A DNA stretch of 64,000 bases, taken from Macrostomum lignano (Eukaryota). The notes below the pieces were generated by a model that worked only from the letters and a program-made list of their open reading frames with translations, was not told the DNA's origin and did no database searches. The stretch lies in the NCBI GenBank assembly GCA_002269645.1, contig NIVC01000006.1:186001-250000 (forward strand), given 5' to 3'. This document shows, piece by piece, positions 42,492-54,320 of the stretch (positions within the stretch are counted from its first letter, which is position 1; each line of letters begins with the position of its first letter). The translations under genes were made by a program, and so were the position numbers.

Positions 42492-45400
42492 ATGGAGGCG
42501 ACATCAGCCGGACAGCAGTCGGACACCCTGTCGCGGCAGCTCCGCGAGAAGGCGCTGATCTCCTTCGCCCAGCAGACCACGGCTCACGGTATAGTGCGAC
42601 TCACACAGGGCTCCAGCCTCCGCCGCCTCATCTGGGCTCTGGCCATCATGGAGCCTGCACCGGGATCTCTCTGCATCTGGCTGAGCTGGCGCAGAGGTAC
42701 CTGAGCTACCCGGTGAGCACCGAGTTCTCCAACGAGGGCGCCGACTTCCAGTTCCCGACCGTGACCATCTGCCCGACCAACTTGTTCTCATATTTCGGTC
42801 CGCAAATGCCGCCTACCGTTTCTGATGGTGAGAATTGCGCCAATATTGAGCAGCAACAGCAACAAAATAAGATGCCACTGTGGATACCGGTATTGAGTTA
42901 TCTTAATTAGGCTTTATGAAACAGGAGAAGGTCTCTGACGTACGGCCAAATTCAACAGACTTTTTCTGACGATGGAAGCACCAGGTGGTTGCTCACGGTC
43001 TGGTTGTATTCGTGGTACTGAATAAAATCGTAGCGATGTTAACTTACAATTGAGAGTGAAATATAAGGGCGGCGCTCCAAGTGAGGTGCTTTCGACTATT
43101 GGGTGTTCGCTTTTGGGTTTGGGCTTGATCAAACTGATAGTTCGATCTGGTATTTAGCGGTAGAGGGGAGGGTTGTCATTTGTTAGGATTCACTGAAGCC
43201 GATATATTTGATCCGAGTAGTTCGGTTATAAATATCCGAGTGGCCCTCTAACTCTGTAGGCCGCGATAGGCGCCTTCGTAACATGATTTTCGGCAACGCG
43301 CGTTTTCAAACTGCTTGACACGGAAGAATTGATCAATGTCTCGATGCCACAGTACCCGTACAACTACTATCAAGACGGAATGCTTTCGCTTCACAGGATG
43401 GCTTATCGCGACATCAACAATTTCCAGCAGCCTTACGAGACCGTTCTCTACTGCCGGTACAACTCGGAGCTCTGCTCTTTCGAGAACTTCACTATTCACA
43501 AAGACGAGGAAAGGTAACTGCGACAAAGCAATAATAATAAAATTGATTTCACGTGTCCCAATTGAGCCCCATTTGCAACCGACAGCTCAGCCGCAGCTAT
43601 TGCGCGGCGCATCTGAAGGATGCGTCGGCTGTTCAGTCGATTGACGGGGGGGGGGGAGTCCGCCCTCAAGCACCCTCACTTACCCCAGATAATGCTGGCA
43701 TCCGTTCTACAGTTGGGTGAACTGAAGCAATGCAGAGTTAGGTGTCTTCCTCGATGACAGAAAAATCAAATGGATTCAGACGGTAGTTACAATAAAATAC
43801 TGGCGATAATTTGAGTCAGTTGCTTCGAAAATACAGACTATCACCAAAATGTTCTTAACAAATTGTAAACTACTGAAATCTATTTGTACCTACTTAGCCC
43901 GCATACGAAACTACCCACCTCACAGCTTCGCGTGCATATAGTTCACACCGTCGAACCGGACACTCGTCAGAGCTGTACCTGGTGCTCTATCAAGGCGCGA
44001 GGTATTTTTCAACTGAGGAGCAGCAAATCGACACCATGCCGGGCTTTTGGGTGGCCCTGCACGAGAGAGGTGAGCTTGGCTACTTAGCCGAAGAGAATCG
44101 GCAAAACAGTTTTTAAGAGAGCAGAACAGCTCTTACGGATACGCGTCTGACTCGTCAGCAGAAAGAGCACGAATCTTTAGAACCAAAGAAACCGTTTCAG
44201 GTTTCAGGCCGGACATAAAACTGGGCTTCAAAGCTTAATTTGGTCGGAAGACCTCGGCCCAGATATTCGCAGATACGGTCACCAAGGTCAACCGCGAGGA
44301 CGCGCCATGCAGCGATGATCTGCCGAACGTCACCTACACAAAGAACTTCTCGTACCCTGGCAACTTTGAAGAGCAGAGCTTTTTTGGTACCTACCAAGAC
44401 TGCGTGGTGAGAATTAAACAGGAAGAGCTCAGAACTACGTGCGGATGTCTTGGCACCCACCTGCCACTGCCAAGTGAACTCACAAACAGCACGGATGTGT
44501 GCCATCAGATGCCGGATGAGGTGCGTTTGCATTTTGGTTTGAAGTTGCGACCTTGCAACTCGTTTGCACCTTCATCTTTTTGGGTCTTTTGTTATCCCAA
44601 AACAGCTAGTGCAGAGCCATAGTGATTCTGCCTTTCTGAAACTGTGACGTTTCAGATTTACCACTTCGACATTTCCTCCCGAATGAACGCGTTCAACCTA
44701 AGGGAGTACATTATACGAACCAGAACGAGTGGATATTTTTTTTTATGGATTTTCTTCTGAATACTTGGAATACTTCGAATTTCGATCTTATCAAAAGCTA
44801 AGTGCTACCGCAAGGTGTTGCACCATCAGAAGACTCAAGGAGTGTTGGACAGAGGGTGCACAGTCCGCAGCACTAACACTCGCTACAGAGCCTTCGCCAC
44901 AACGTCCACTTGGCCGAAAGATTTTCGCTGGCGTCGAAAATTATTAGCGGCTACGCGAACGGCATATTGGATCGGATCAACTCTACTGGATTGCGGAGGA
45001 TCCGGCTGGACTATTTGATCGACAATCTAAATCATACCCTGAGTGATTCGCCCTTTATCAGCGTGTTGGACCTGTACCCGATGTCAACCAAGACCAGCGT
45101 CTTCACTGAGTCGTTTTCCTACCTGCTACGGAATCTGTTCTCCGATCTGGGCGGCATTCTGGGTGAGTGCATGGATTTACTGGCTAAAAATGCACTTTTT
45201 TTCTGAAACCCCTGAGCTCTACAGACACTCTCCAGACATTCTGCATATGTCATATGAGCAAATGGTTAATTTAATGGTAAATGGTAAATGCAATGACGTC
45301 ACCATGCACTGAAAAATCACGTCTATACCTCTGTGTCGCTTTCACAGGCCTGTGGGTTGGAGTATCGATCGTCACTATTCTTGAGATGCTGGAGCTCTTC

Positions 45401-45751
45401 ATCCAACTAGTCCAACTGATCTTACTGAGAATCTTTGCAAACTCTAACAAATCAACACCTGGCCCTAGTGGGAGCGAAGAGAAACCCGAGCACGGAGCTG
45501 TCAGGAACATCTACGCTACTGAGGTCTTCAGCTACGGTGACAATTCGGTTTCCAAGGCGTCGGAGCTCGCGCTGCACTTCGAGCCGCCACCCGACACGAA
45601 GTCGAAAACTGCTCAAGTCAACGATTGCAAGGAAATGGTGAAGCAACCGAGCCTCGTTAATGCAGAAGATCTTCTCGATTTGATTATGAGTAGCCATAAG
45701 TCACTTATATTAGTTGGGACTGATCAGCTGGTTTGGCTGGAGTACTCATGA
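42492..45751 (+). pseudogene. DEG/ENaC-family channel pseudogene (exons about 42492-42827, 43260-43513, 43926-44068, 44200-44520, 44656-45163, 45348-45751)
   Basis: Family motifs TTAHG, FPTVTICP, TCGCLG and FSDLGGILG|LWVGVS. Lesions relative to the 50410 paralogue: 1-nt deletion at about 42650, frameshift at about 43297, TAG at 43939-43941, TAA at 44236-44238, frameshift at about 44927. Confidence 0.9.
43550..43760 (-). mobile_element. SINE family 2, 3' part, in an intron of the ENaC pseudogene
   Basis: Reverse complement has CTTCAGTTCACCCAAC...GCCAGCATTA.CTGGGGTA and GCCGCGCAATAGCTGCGGCTGAGCTGTCGGTTGCA, as at 18900-19035. Confidence 0.75.
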
Positions 45752-45911
45752 GCACTTGAATAATTTATCAGTTTTGTCTATTTAGCTATGCTCGAAAAAA
45801 AATTTCGAGACGTATACTTGTAGAATTGTGACGGTAGTACATATAAATCTTGTAAGCTTTATTGAAAGACTATTATTCAAATATGAATTATGAATTATTA
45901 TATCCTTTTGC

Positions 45912-46422
45912 TGTCAATCTCGAAGTCATAGCCGATGATAAGGGACACTGCTGGGACTAGATCGCATTGGCCATGCAGGTACAGAGGGGACTTGTGCAGG
46001 GGATTCTTGCAGTTGCCAGACTATGGGGTAGCTACATGTACTATAACATAGCTAAATACGAGGAATTGTACTCTTTGCCTTCAACGCGCCAACTAGCCTC
46101 TCCTAGCGCTGATGATAGGCTAACTCGAACATCGGAGGCTGCATGATTCATTACCCGAGCCGCTTGGCTAACCTAGAGTGCACAGAGTACATCTCTGGAG
46201 CCGATTCTGCACTATTGGCAATTTCACTAACTGATTTGATAGATTGATCGACTGAGAACTGCCTTGCCATTGGTCCACTGTGACCGGCGCCTACTAGCTT
46301 AGCTACTCATCTGAGCCATCGGCGAACAAAGAAATAAAACCGATAGAAATAACTGTCATATTTAACCTTCTCCTTAAATCACTTCACACTTCAGATTGAA
46401 TTGGAGTCTCAGACTACTAACA
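45912..46422 (+). mobile_element. Possible solo-LTR-like segment
   Basis: TG...CA bounds, AATAAA at about 46333, and an end reading CAGACTACTAACA. No TSD seen. Confidence 0.25.
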
Positions 46423-48049
46423 GTATTATTGAATGATTTCTGCCTAAATAACAGCACTGTTGAACGAAATGAGCAAAAGTGTGCGCCTAATCCAGCTATT
46501 GAAATAGGGGACAGATAAGGGATCACCCAATCAAGCAAGTCTAGGTAGCCTCTCACCCAACCAATCAGAAACTCAACAGCCGGAGACCAGGTAATCCACA
46601 GTGAGCGAATCGGCTTAGTGCTTCGCAGCTGTAGACTCGGGATGATGCTGTCACAGTCTTCGCAGATAGCTAGCAGGTGATGCTCTTCACTTTGATGTTC
46701 ACTGCTGATGACCGGGGGGATTCGTCCTTGATGATGATGGGGGGGAGTCGCAATCCTGGGATCAAGAAACGACGGTCAATTCCTGGCCGGTGGAGCGAAG
46801 GGTGGCACCCGGTCGCAAGAAGGTTTGCAGGGGTAGCACCCGGAAAGGATGCCGTCCGAGCGGGCCAAAAACACCGGTTTAAATAGCCGCCAATTGGACC
46901 GCAGTTTGTTATAATGGAACACGTCGATTCTGATTGGCTGAGCTGATTTGTTAAAATGAGCGTCGAATTTTATGATTGGCTAAGCTGGTTGCTACCCAGA
47001 ATCACGTGACCGGGAGATCCTATCAGTTCCCTCGGGGTCGTAAAAACATGACAGGTGCGGCCATAAATCAATCAAAATCGCAACAAAATGATTTATGACC
47101 TTTCGCGTAGAATTAACAAAAATTAATGAAAAAATATACATTAGAAAGCTCTTATTAAATAGAAAGTGAAGGTAATGAAGAGAAACCGCTAATCGCTAAT
47201 CCCAAAGTACTTTTAGGGGTAAAACGCATAGCTGTCAAAGCTGTCACGCGCTTGAGTGAAAACGAACAATATGCCCTGACCTCATAAATCTTGATGGCCT
47301 GTCAAAATGATGAGAAAAAAAGCTCTCATTCGCATCCCCTCAGACCATCTGGCGCCCGCCTCAACACTGAGTGAGGCCAGGTGGCTGTCAGACCAGCTTC
47401 GAAAGCGATGATTTATGACCCAAAAAGCTGCGCCTATGTTATTATGACTACTAGTATGACCAAACATTATATCTAGTATAGATTCTATGACAATTCGCAG
47501 AAAAAGGATAAAAATGCCCATTGCCCACTGTTAGTAGGCCAGTAAGTTTAGAGCCCATGTGCTAGCGTGGAATTTGGGAAAAAGTGCGTCCTCATTAACT
47601 GGATGATATTATATACGTTAACACGTATTTTTCTCAGGGCTGCAAATTAGGCAGAAAGACGACGTGAACAAAGCAGTCAGCAAACGGCTGAGGCACAGGA
47701 CGCAATGAAAAACAACCATGAGAGTGTTATGTCCCACAAACTAGCTTTCGCAAAGCACTTAAGCTGATCTGCGCTGCAGCTTAATGGGTGGTACAAGGAC
47801 ATTTACACATGTACAACTCTTGCTAGGTTTAGAATTCCTTGGGTGTGGTAACTGCACACTGCTACTTTCTACAGACTTTAGACTTTAGACTTTAGCTTGA
47901 GAGGAGAGAGAAGAGCGAGATGAGAGGGCAGAAAGGAGAGAGAAGAGAGGAGAAAGCTCTAGAATAGTCCAATTCTGTTCGAAAGCATAGTTTAAAGCTC
48001 GTAAGCATATTATTTGTTCATAATACTCTTAGGGTTAGGGGAAGGGTTA

Positions 48050-48300
48050 CAGAGTCCTGAAGATGTACATAACGGGATGCCCATCCTGAGTCAGGACACC
48101 AGCCAGGGCGCCCTTCGACGCATCGGTTGTGAGGATGGCGTCCTTTTCTAAGCTGTACGGTTGCACGACCGTTCGGGATGATGTTTCTCTTTTAAGTTCT
48201 TCAAAGTCCCAGAAACAGGCGTCTCGATCCGAACCACATAAACGGCGTGCCCGCCTTTCTGAAGCAATTCGATGGAGCAACCTTCGCTGAGAGGCGTTCA
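48050..48300 (-). mobile_element. Gypsy (Mag-like) pol fragment: RT connection and RNase H start
   Basis: FEELKRETSSRTVVQPYSLEKDAILTTDASKGALAGVLTQDGHPVMYIFRTL. Confidence 0.85.
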
Positions 48301-49034
48301 AATAAGTTCACCAATACAATATTGACGTATTTACGAGCTATGATCGACAGCTCCTGGGCAGAATCATCCAGTGCGATTTGCCTGTGCGCGCAACGGAGGG
48401 TCAACTTTTTGAAACTTTTTTGCGTTCTTCAGCTTTGCAGATAGGGCTCGATCGATGGTATTGGGTTCGACTCCGACTGGATTTTTCCATTGAGCAAACA
48501 GCTAACGAAAATTTTGGTCAGAAAATTCACTTCCTGGTCAAAGGAACATCAGATGTTTGCTCCACAGAGCTTACACTGTCTGCAACACCTGGATCAATTT
48601 TGACCAGGAAGTGAATTTTCAACAGAAGGATTATCCTCGTGTGTTAATCCAAAACAGAAAACTGCAAAAACCGATCACTGAGCACTAGCTCAAACCGTTG
48701 GTAATCCAAATCCTCACCTCTTAGAATGCAGCAGTTGCTTCAATTGTAAACCTGAGGAATGCTTCAAAGTCATTGACAATTGCTCATTTGACTCTAAACT
48801 GCAGATTCGAGAAGCTCTGTAAATTAAATCTCAATCCCCCAGCCCTTAACTCTCAACTTCAACATAGTGTTAAATATATGGAGCCCAAGCAGCTCCGTCC
48901 CTAGACCTTGTCTATCGACTACGGACAAAAATTATATACATATCTTATTGATTCGATTTTACACAAATATCATATTTATTCACTCGCAACCTATACTCGT
49001 ACGTTAGTTCAAATAAACCTGAAGATGCACATTG

Positions 49035-49300
49035 TTAGTGCGAAATTCTCTCAATAACTCCCAGTAGCTCGAGTTTGTCCAACTCAGCGTTGATCTGGCT
49101 CTCCTGCAGTGCAATGGGCACAGGACGGGCTCGGCCTACTTGGAGCCCCTTGATTGGTGGCAGGGGTTCGACCGTAGGAGCCACGGATGTCTCAAAAATC
49201 GAATCAGGAATCCAGCAGGTCGTCCTGTCCCATGAGCTCAGTCGGGTGGCGATGGTCTCGCATCTCGACAGTGGTGGGGAGATTTCCAAGCGTTTTAAGA
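49035..49300 (-). mobile_element. Gypsy (Mag-like) pol fragment: protease-RT junction
   Basis: RARPVPIALQESQINAELDKLELLGVIERI matches the N-terminus of Mag-clade RT. Confidence 0.75.
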
Positions 49301-50409
49301 GTGCGACCATCATAGGTTTCAAGGCGCCGCTGACACTTTTGCAGCGCTGACTGCTACATCAATATCAGTCATTGAATTCATTGGATTGAGAAAAGCCTAA
49401 GAAATAACCTGTGGGCTACTTCTGACTAAAGTTTTGAAAGTACTGAATGTTAAATTTTCGGAACTATAAGACCTCAAAATTTTAATGTGTATAGTTCGAA
49501 AATAGAAATATGATCGGGCCGTTCTCAAACTATGAGGAATATGAGGACAGTCCTACAGTCCTACTGTAATGATTTGGGTCTAAACTTGAAGCTAATTTAA
49601 CTGGCGTCATTTTATCTACCATTTGCATGAAATATTTCCCAGTAGTTCAACAGTGGCCTTAACTTTCGGCCTCATTGCCACCCTAAAACAGGTGCTCAAC
49701 TAAGCTAACTGACCCACTGTTCAGCAGTCTCAAGCCCTGATCTTCAGACTTGACGCTACAGACTGAATAAAAAATTATTCAAATTTGATCTGTTGGAAAC
49801 CACATTCGATTTGAGCTATAGCCCTTGGAAGTGAACAGAAATTTCTTTAAGAGTGAGAGAGAGAAGAGAGAGAGAAAGAGAGAGAGAGAGATCTGTTCCT
49901 GCTTAATCCAATCCGGAAGATTCTGTAGATTGTTCTCATGGTTTTCTATCAACCGCAAACAGAGTTGCCAATTAAAATAAGCTGTAGACTCTTGGAATTT
50001 CTGGCGCCATAAAGTCCAACAATTTGTAGCTAAAACTGCTTTAATGAGATTAATGCTGCTTAATGCAGCCACTATCCTCCGTAAATAATCGTCGCAAAGA
50101 CAAATTATTCAACCCCTGTCTAAATCTAATTAGCACGTGTGCTCAGCTCCAGTCACTGAGAGATCAGCGCAACTACACCCGACCCCCGCAAGTCACCTGC
50201 CGCTGCTCCGCACTGCAGCCCTACTATCGGTCAGAGTGACCATGACAATATCTACAGGCTATGACATGCGCAGCAGATGCTCTGGCCTCTATAAGTTAGA
50301 TGGATGAGCAGGAATCTACCCTCACAGTCCCCAGCTCAAGCCGCAAGCAAGCACAGAGACCCTAGCGAGTCACCGCCCCCCGATTGAAGTAAACCAGCTC
50401 GTCAGCACC

Positions 50410-53400
50410 ATGGAGGCGACATCAGCCGGACAGCAGTCGGACACCCTGTCGCGGCAGCTCCGCGAGAAGGCGCTGATCTCCTTCGCCCAGCAGACCACGG
50501 CTCACGGTATAGTGCGACTCACGCAGGGCTCCAGCCTCCGCCGCCTCATCTGGGCTCTGGCCATCATGGGAGCCTGCATCGGGTTCTCTCTGCATCTGGC
50601 TGAGCTGGCGCAGAGGTACCTGAGCTACCCGGTGAGCACCGAGTTCTCCAACGAGGGCGCCGACTTCCAGTTCCCGACCGTGACCATCTGCCCGACGGAC
50701 AATTTCGTGGACTTTTGTCAACCTGTTCCGCTTTTCATTCCTATGAGTAAGGACATGAGACACTCTCCCATTTTGATAGTGCTTACGAGGGATGATGTTG
50801 CCGAAGCCTTTGCGCCAGAGTGCCCACAGCCCTCCTTTGAATATTATTGTACATGTATCTATTGACAGAGCTTCAAATCGAATAATACATCCTAATATGT
50901 TTTAGAATACGCTTGCCTTCCGTCTAAGGTACATTGGATAAAGATTCGTTAATGGAAGTTCAAAACCCATATTGCACTATGCGCAACGATGTCAAGCTGA
51001 GAGCAACTCAGGGAGGATTGAAAATGATCATTGCGGTTCTGAAGGGAGCAGCAGTAGAAGCCACAGAGCATATGCGGTACACCGGGGCAACAAATCGCGT
51101 ACAAGCCTCGTGATCACGCAAAAAATTGGTTTCTTTTGATGATGTACAATTAACATACAACTAGTAATTTTTGAAAACTTTTCAGACTACTTCAGATGCC
51201 TTCAGGACATGGTTCTTGACAACAATCGAGTGTACAAACTTCTTGGCTCAGAAAATTGGAATGCCTCACTGAGGGTATTTCCTTACAACTACTATCACCA
51301 CGGACGGCTTTCTCTTCGAGCCGTGGCCTACCGGGGAAATTTATTCCAGCAACCCTACGAGACGGTGCTGTACTGCCGGTACAACTCTCAGCCCTGCTCA
51401 TTCGAGAACTTCACCACGTACAAGGACGAGGAAGGGTAAGTGCTCGTAGCAGTTTTAGATTGAAATGAGATTAAATGAGACATTTACATTTCCACAGGTT
51501 AATGTGCATCTCGTTCACCCCCACGAACCGCACGATCGTTAACGCCGGACCTGGCAACGGTCTCTACCTGGTGCTTCATCACGTCACTGAAAACTACCTC
51601 ACTGACGAGGAGCAAATCGACTATGTGCCCGGCTTCCAGGTTGCCCTGCATGAGAGTGGTGAGTCTTCAGTGCCTTCTTCGATGCCTTCAGTGACATATT
51701 CTCACAACGCTGACGGCAATTCTACCCATTCTGCAGACTCCTGAGCACATCCAAGCGCGCCAATACTGTACTCAGGCACACACACACACGCACACACACA
51801 CTGGGTGTAGCTCGTACAGCAGCCCTGACTTTCTAATAGTCAGGCATGTAAGCTTTCTATGCCCTGTAGGTAGGCCCTCATGGACGTGAATCGAACGAAA
51901 ACTCTCCAACAAAACTTCGGTGCACAGGTCTCAAATGAATGTGGCCATGCACGGAATACGGAATCGAACCAAGGCTTATGCGAGAGAGTCAGACTGAGCT
52001 GAGCTGCTCTGCTCACTCTGGTTAGTCATGCAGCTGGTCTGTTGCTTTCAGACTGCTTGACACATCAGCTTTTTTAATCGTTTATTGCTTGCACAATGCC
52101 GTTGAAAGGAAAGCGACTATCCAGGCTACTCGCAAATCTAAAACCTAAATCTAAACCTAAATCTAAACCTAAATCTAAAACCAAAACTGCAGGCTTCAAG
52201 CCAGACATGTCGCTAGGCTTCAAAGTTCCGTTTGGCCAGAAAACCACCGCTCGAGTGTACGCTGAGACCGTCACGAAGGTCAATCGCGACGCTACGCCCT
52301 GCAGCAAAAACCTGCCGAACGTCACCTACACCATGAACTATTCGTACCCTGACAACTTTGAGAACCAGAGCTTCTTCGGCGACTATCAGGACTGCGTGAT
52401 TCGAATTAAACAGGAAGAGTTCAGAGATACCTGTGGCTGTCTTGGCACACACCTGCCACTGCCAAGTGAACTCATGAACGACACGTTAGTGTGCCATCAG
52501 CTTCCGGATGAGGTGCGCTTGTAGTATTGATAGGTCGATAGTAATCTGTATAATTAGGGTATCGGGTGAGCATTCTGCGTTCGCTGACGTTGCGAATATG
52601 TGAAAAGAGAGGCTTGCTTCACATACTGAAAATTTTGTTGTGCAGTACAGTAAGTGGGTCGCCAGGCAGGGAATTGAAGTTAATTAAATTAACTTCCAAT
52701 TGTAACAAAAACTTGAATTTTCAGGTACTACATCAGAACATTTATGCTGTTACGTTCCGTCACGACGATGGCACCGTGGGGCACACGGACTACAGAATAT
52801 CAAACTGGACGGAACCGGACGATAGGTCGTTCGACTTTGATAAATTAATTATGTTGTCGGATTACCTGAAGGACAATTGGGATAGTTTGAACTTCAATCG
52901 CAGCAAGACATTTCTCCGATGCTACGATCAAGTTCTAAACCGTCAGAAATCGCAAGGAGTTACTACAACAAATTGCAAAGTCCGCTGCACCAAAACGCGC
53001 TACAGGGACATCACGACCACTTCCAGCTGGCCCAAGGATTTCCAGCTGGCTGCTAAAGTTGTCCAGCGCTACGCGAAGCAAACTCTGGATAGAATACAGA
53101 ACACCAGCTGGGAGAAGCGACGGCTGCAACGGTTGTACAACAATACGAACTTTTCCCTTTTCGAGCATCCGAGCCTCAGCGTGCTGGACCTGCACCCGAT
53201 GTCAACGAAGACCAGCGTCTTCACTGAGTCGTTTGCCTACCTGCTGCGGAATCTGTTCTCCGACCTGGGCGGCATTCTGGGTGAGTGCAACATTAGCTTC
53301 ATTACTCAAAGGTTTGTTCTGTTGACCACATCAAAAGGATCTAAGAATATCATGCTTTTTGCGTTTATATTTCTATGATCCTTTGTCGAGCTACGCTTTC

Positions 53401-54320
53401 TTAGCTTCTCCCAGTGTTCTGATTGTAGCAAATAAATATCCTGCACAGGGACAACTAAAACACTCGGGACGCGAAATGAGCCAAATCATGGTGAAAAAAG
53501 TTGGGGGCTCATTTAAGTTTATGGGTGCGCAGGTTTTTATGCATTAAATACGGTACATTACGATCACTGCTCAGCTGCTGAAAAGAAAGACTAAGGCCAC
53601 ACAGTTCTATTATTTTTGCTTCACAAGGTTCAGAAGGTTGTCTAAAAGGTTTTCTGAGATATAGTTTGATCTGCAGGTAAAGACGCTGCACTTTCTCGGC
53701 ATTTTTCAAATTCGCACAAGAGTTGAGGGCTTGTTATTTGCCCTCACACTTTTTGAGACTTGAGAATTGCAGTTGGAGCGGCATAGAACGTACATTACTG
53801 CTTTCAAACGAGGCCTTAACTTTTTTCACCATGTATGATTTGGCTCGTTTCGCGTCCACAGTGTTTTAGTTGTCCTTGATCCTACACAAAATCTAAACAA
53901 AATCAAAATGTTGCTCATAGTAGTCAACAAATACCAACAATTTATTGATTAACGTGTGGAAAATATCGATTCAAAGGCCTGTGGGTTGGAGTGTCCATCG
54001 TCACCCTCGTTGAGATGCTGGAGCTCCTCATCGACATGGCCAAATTGGTCTCGCTCAGACTTCTCGTGAGCTCAAGAAGTAAAGCCAGAGTTCATCCGCA
54101 CGACCCCGAAGAAAACTCGCAGCAGAACGCCGTCAGAAACATCTACAAGACCGGCGTGTTCACATACGGAGACCACCCGGAGTCCAAGTCGTTTGAGTTC
54201 GCGCCGCATTTCGCTCTGCCGCCGAAGCCGCCTGAAGCCTCATCGATGAAAGTCGACGAAGACTGTAAAAACTTGGTGAAGCACCGGCCCTCCTTGCTTC
54301 AAAAGCTTCTAAAATTTTAA
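50410..54320 (+). CDS. DEG/ENaC-family (amiloride-sensitive) sodium channel subunit, intact, 655 aa; exons 50410-50746, 51186-51435, 51498-51658, 52193-52512, 52725-53280, 53977-54320
   Basis: HG motif (TTAHG), TM1, FPTVTICP, YCRYNSQPC, AGPGNGLYLVL, DTCGCLG, WPKD, TM2 LFSDLGGILG|LWVGVSIVTLVE. GT-AG introns in phases 1,2,1,0,1 give 1968 nt with no internal stop. Confidence 0.92.
51740..51860 (-). mobile_element. Old SINE family 1-related fragment with a CA microsatellite
   Basis: CCTGAGCACATCCAAGCGCG...GTACAGCAGCCCTGACTTT...GGCATGTA. Confidence 0.5.

Noticed and set aside
42492-45751. Left DEG/ENaC as an intact gene with sequencing errors or compensating frameshifts
   Set aside because: It has two substitution-type nonsense codons and a multi-base deletion as well as single-base indels, and the shifted frame after 42650 stops at 42704.
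47055-47420. Four TTTATGACC/CATAAAT motifs as a homeobox-binding enhancer
   Set aside because: The motifs are short in AT-rich DNA next to transposon debris, so they cannot be told from chance or element-internal repeats.
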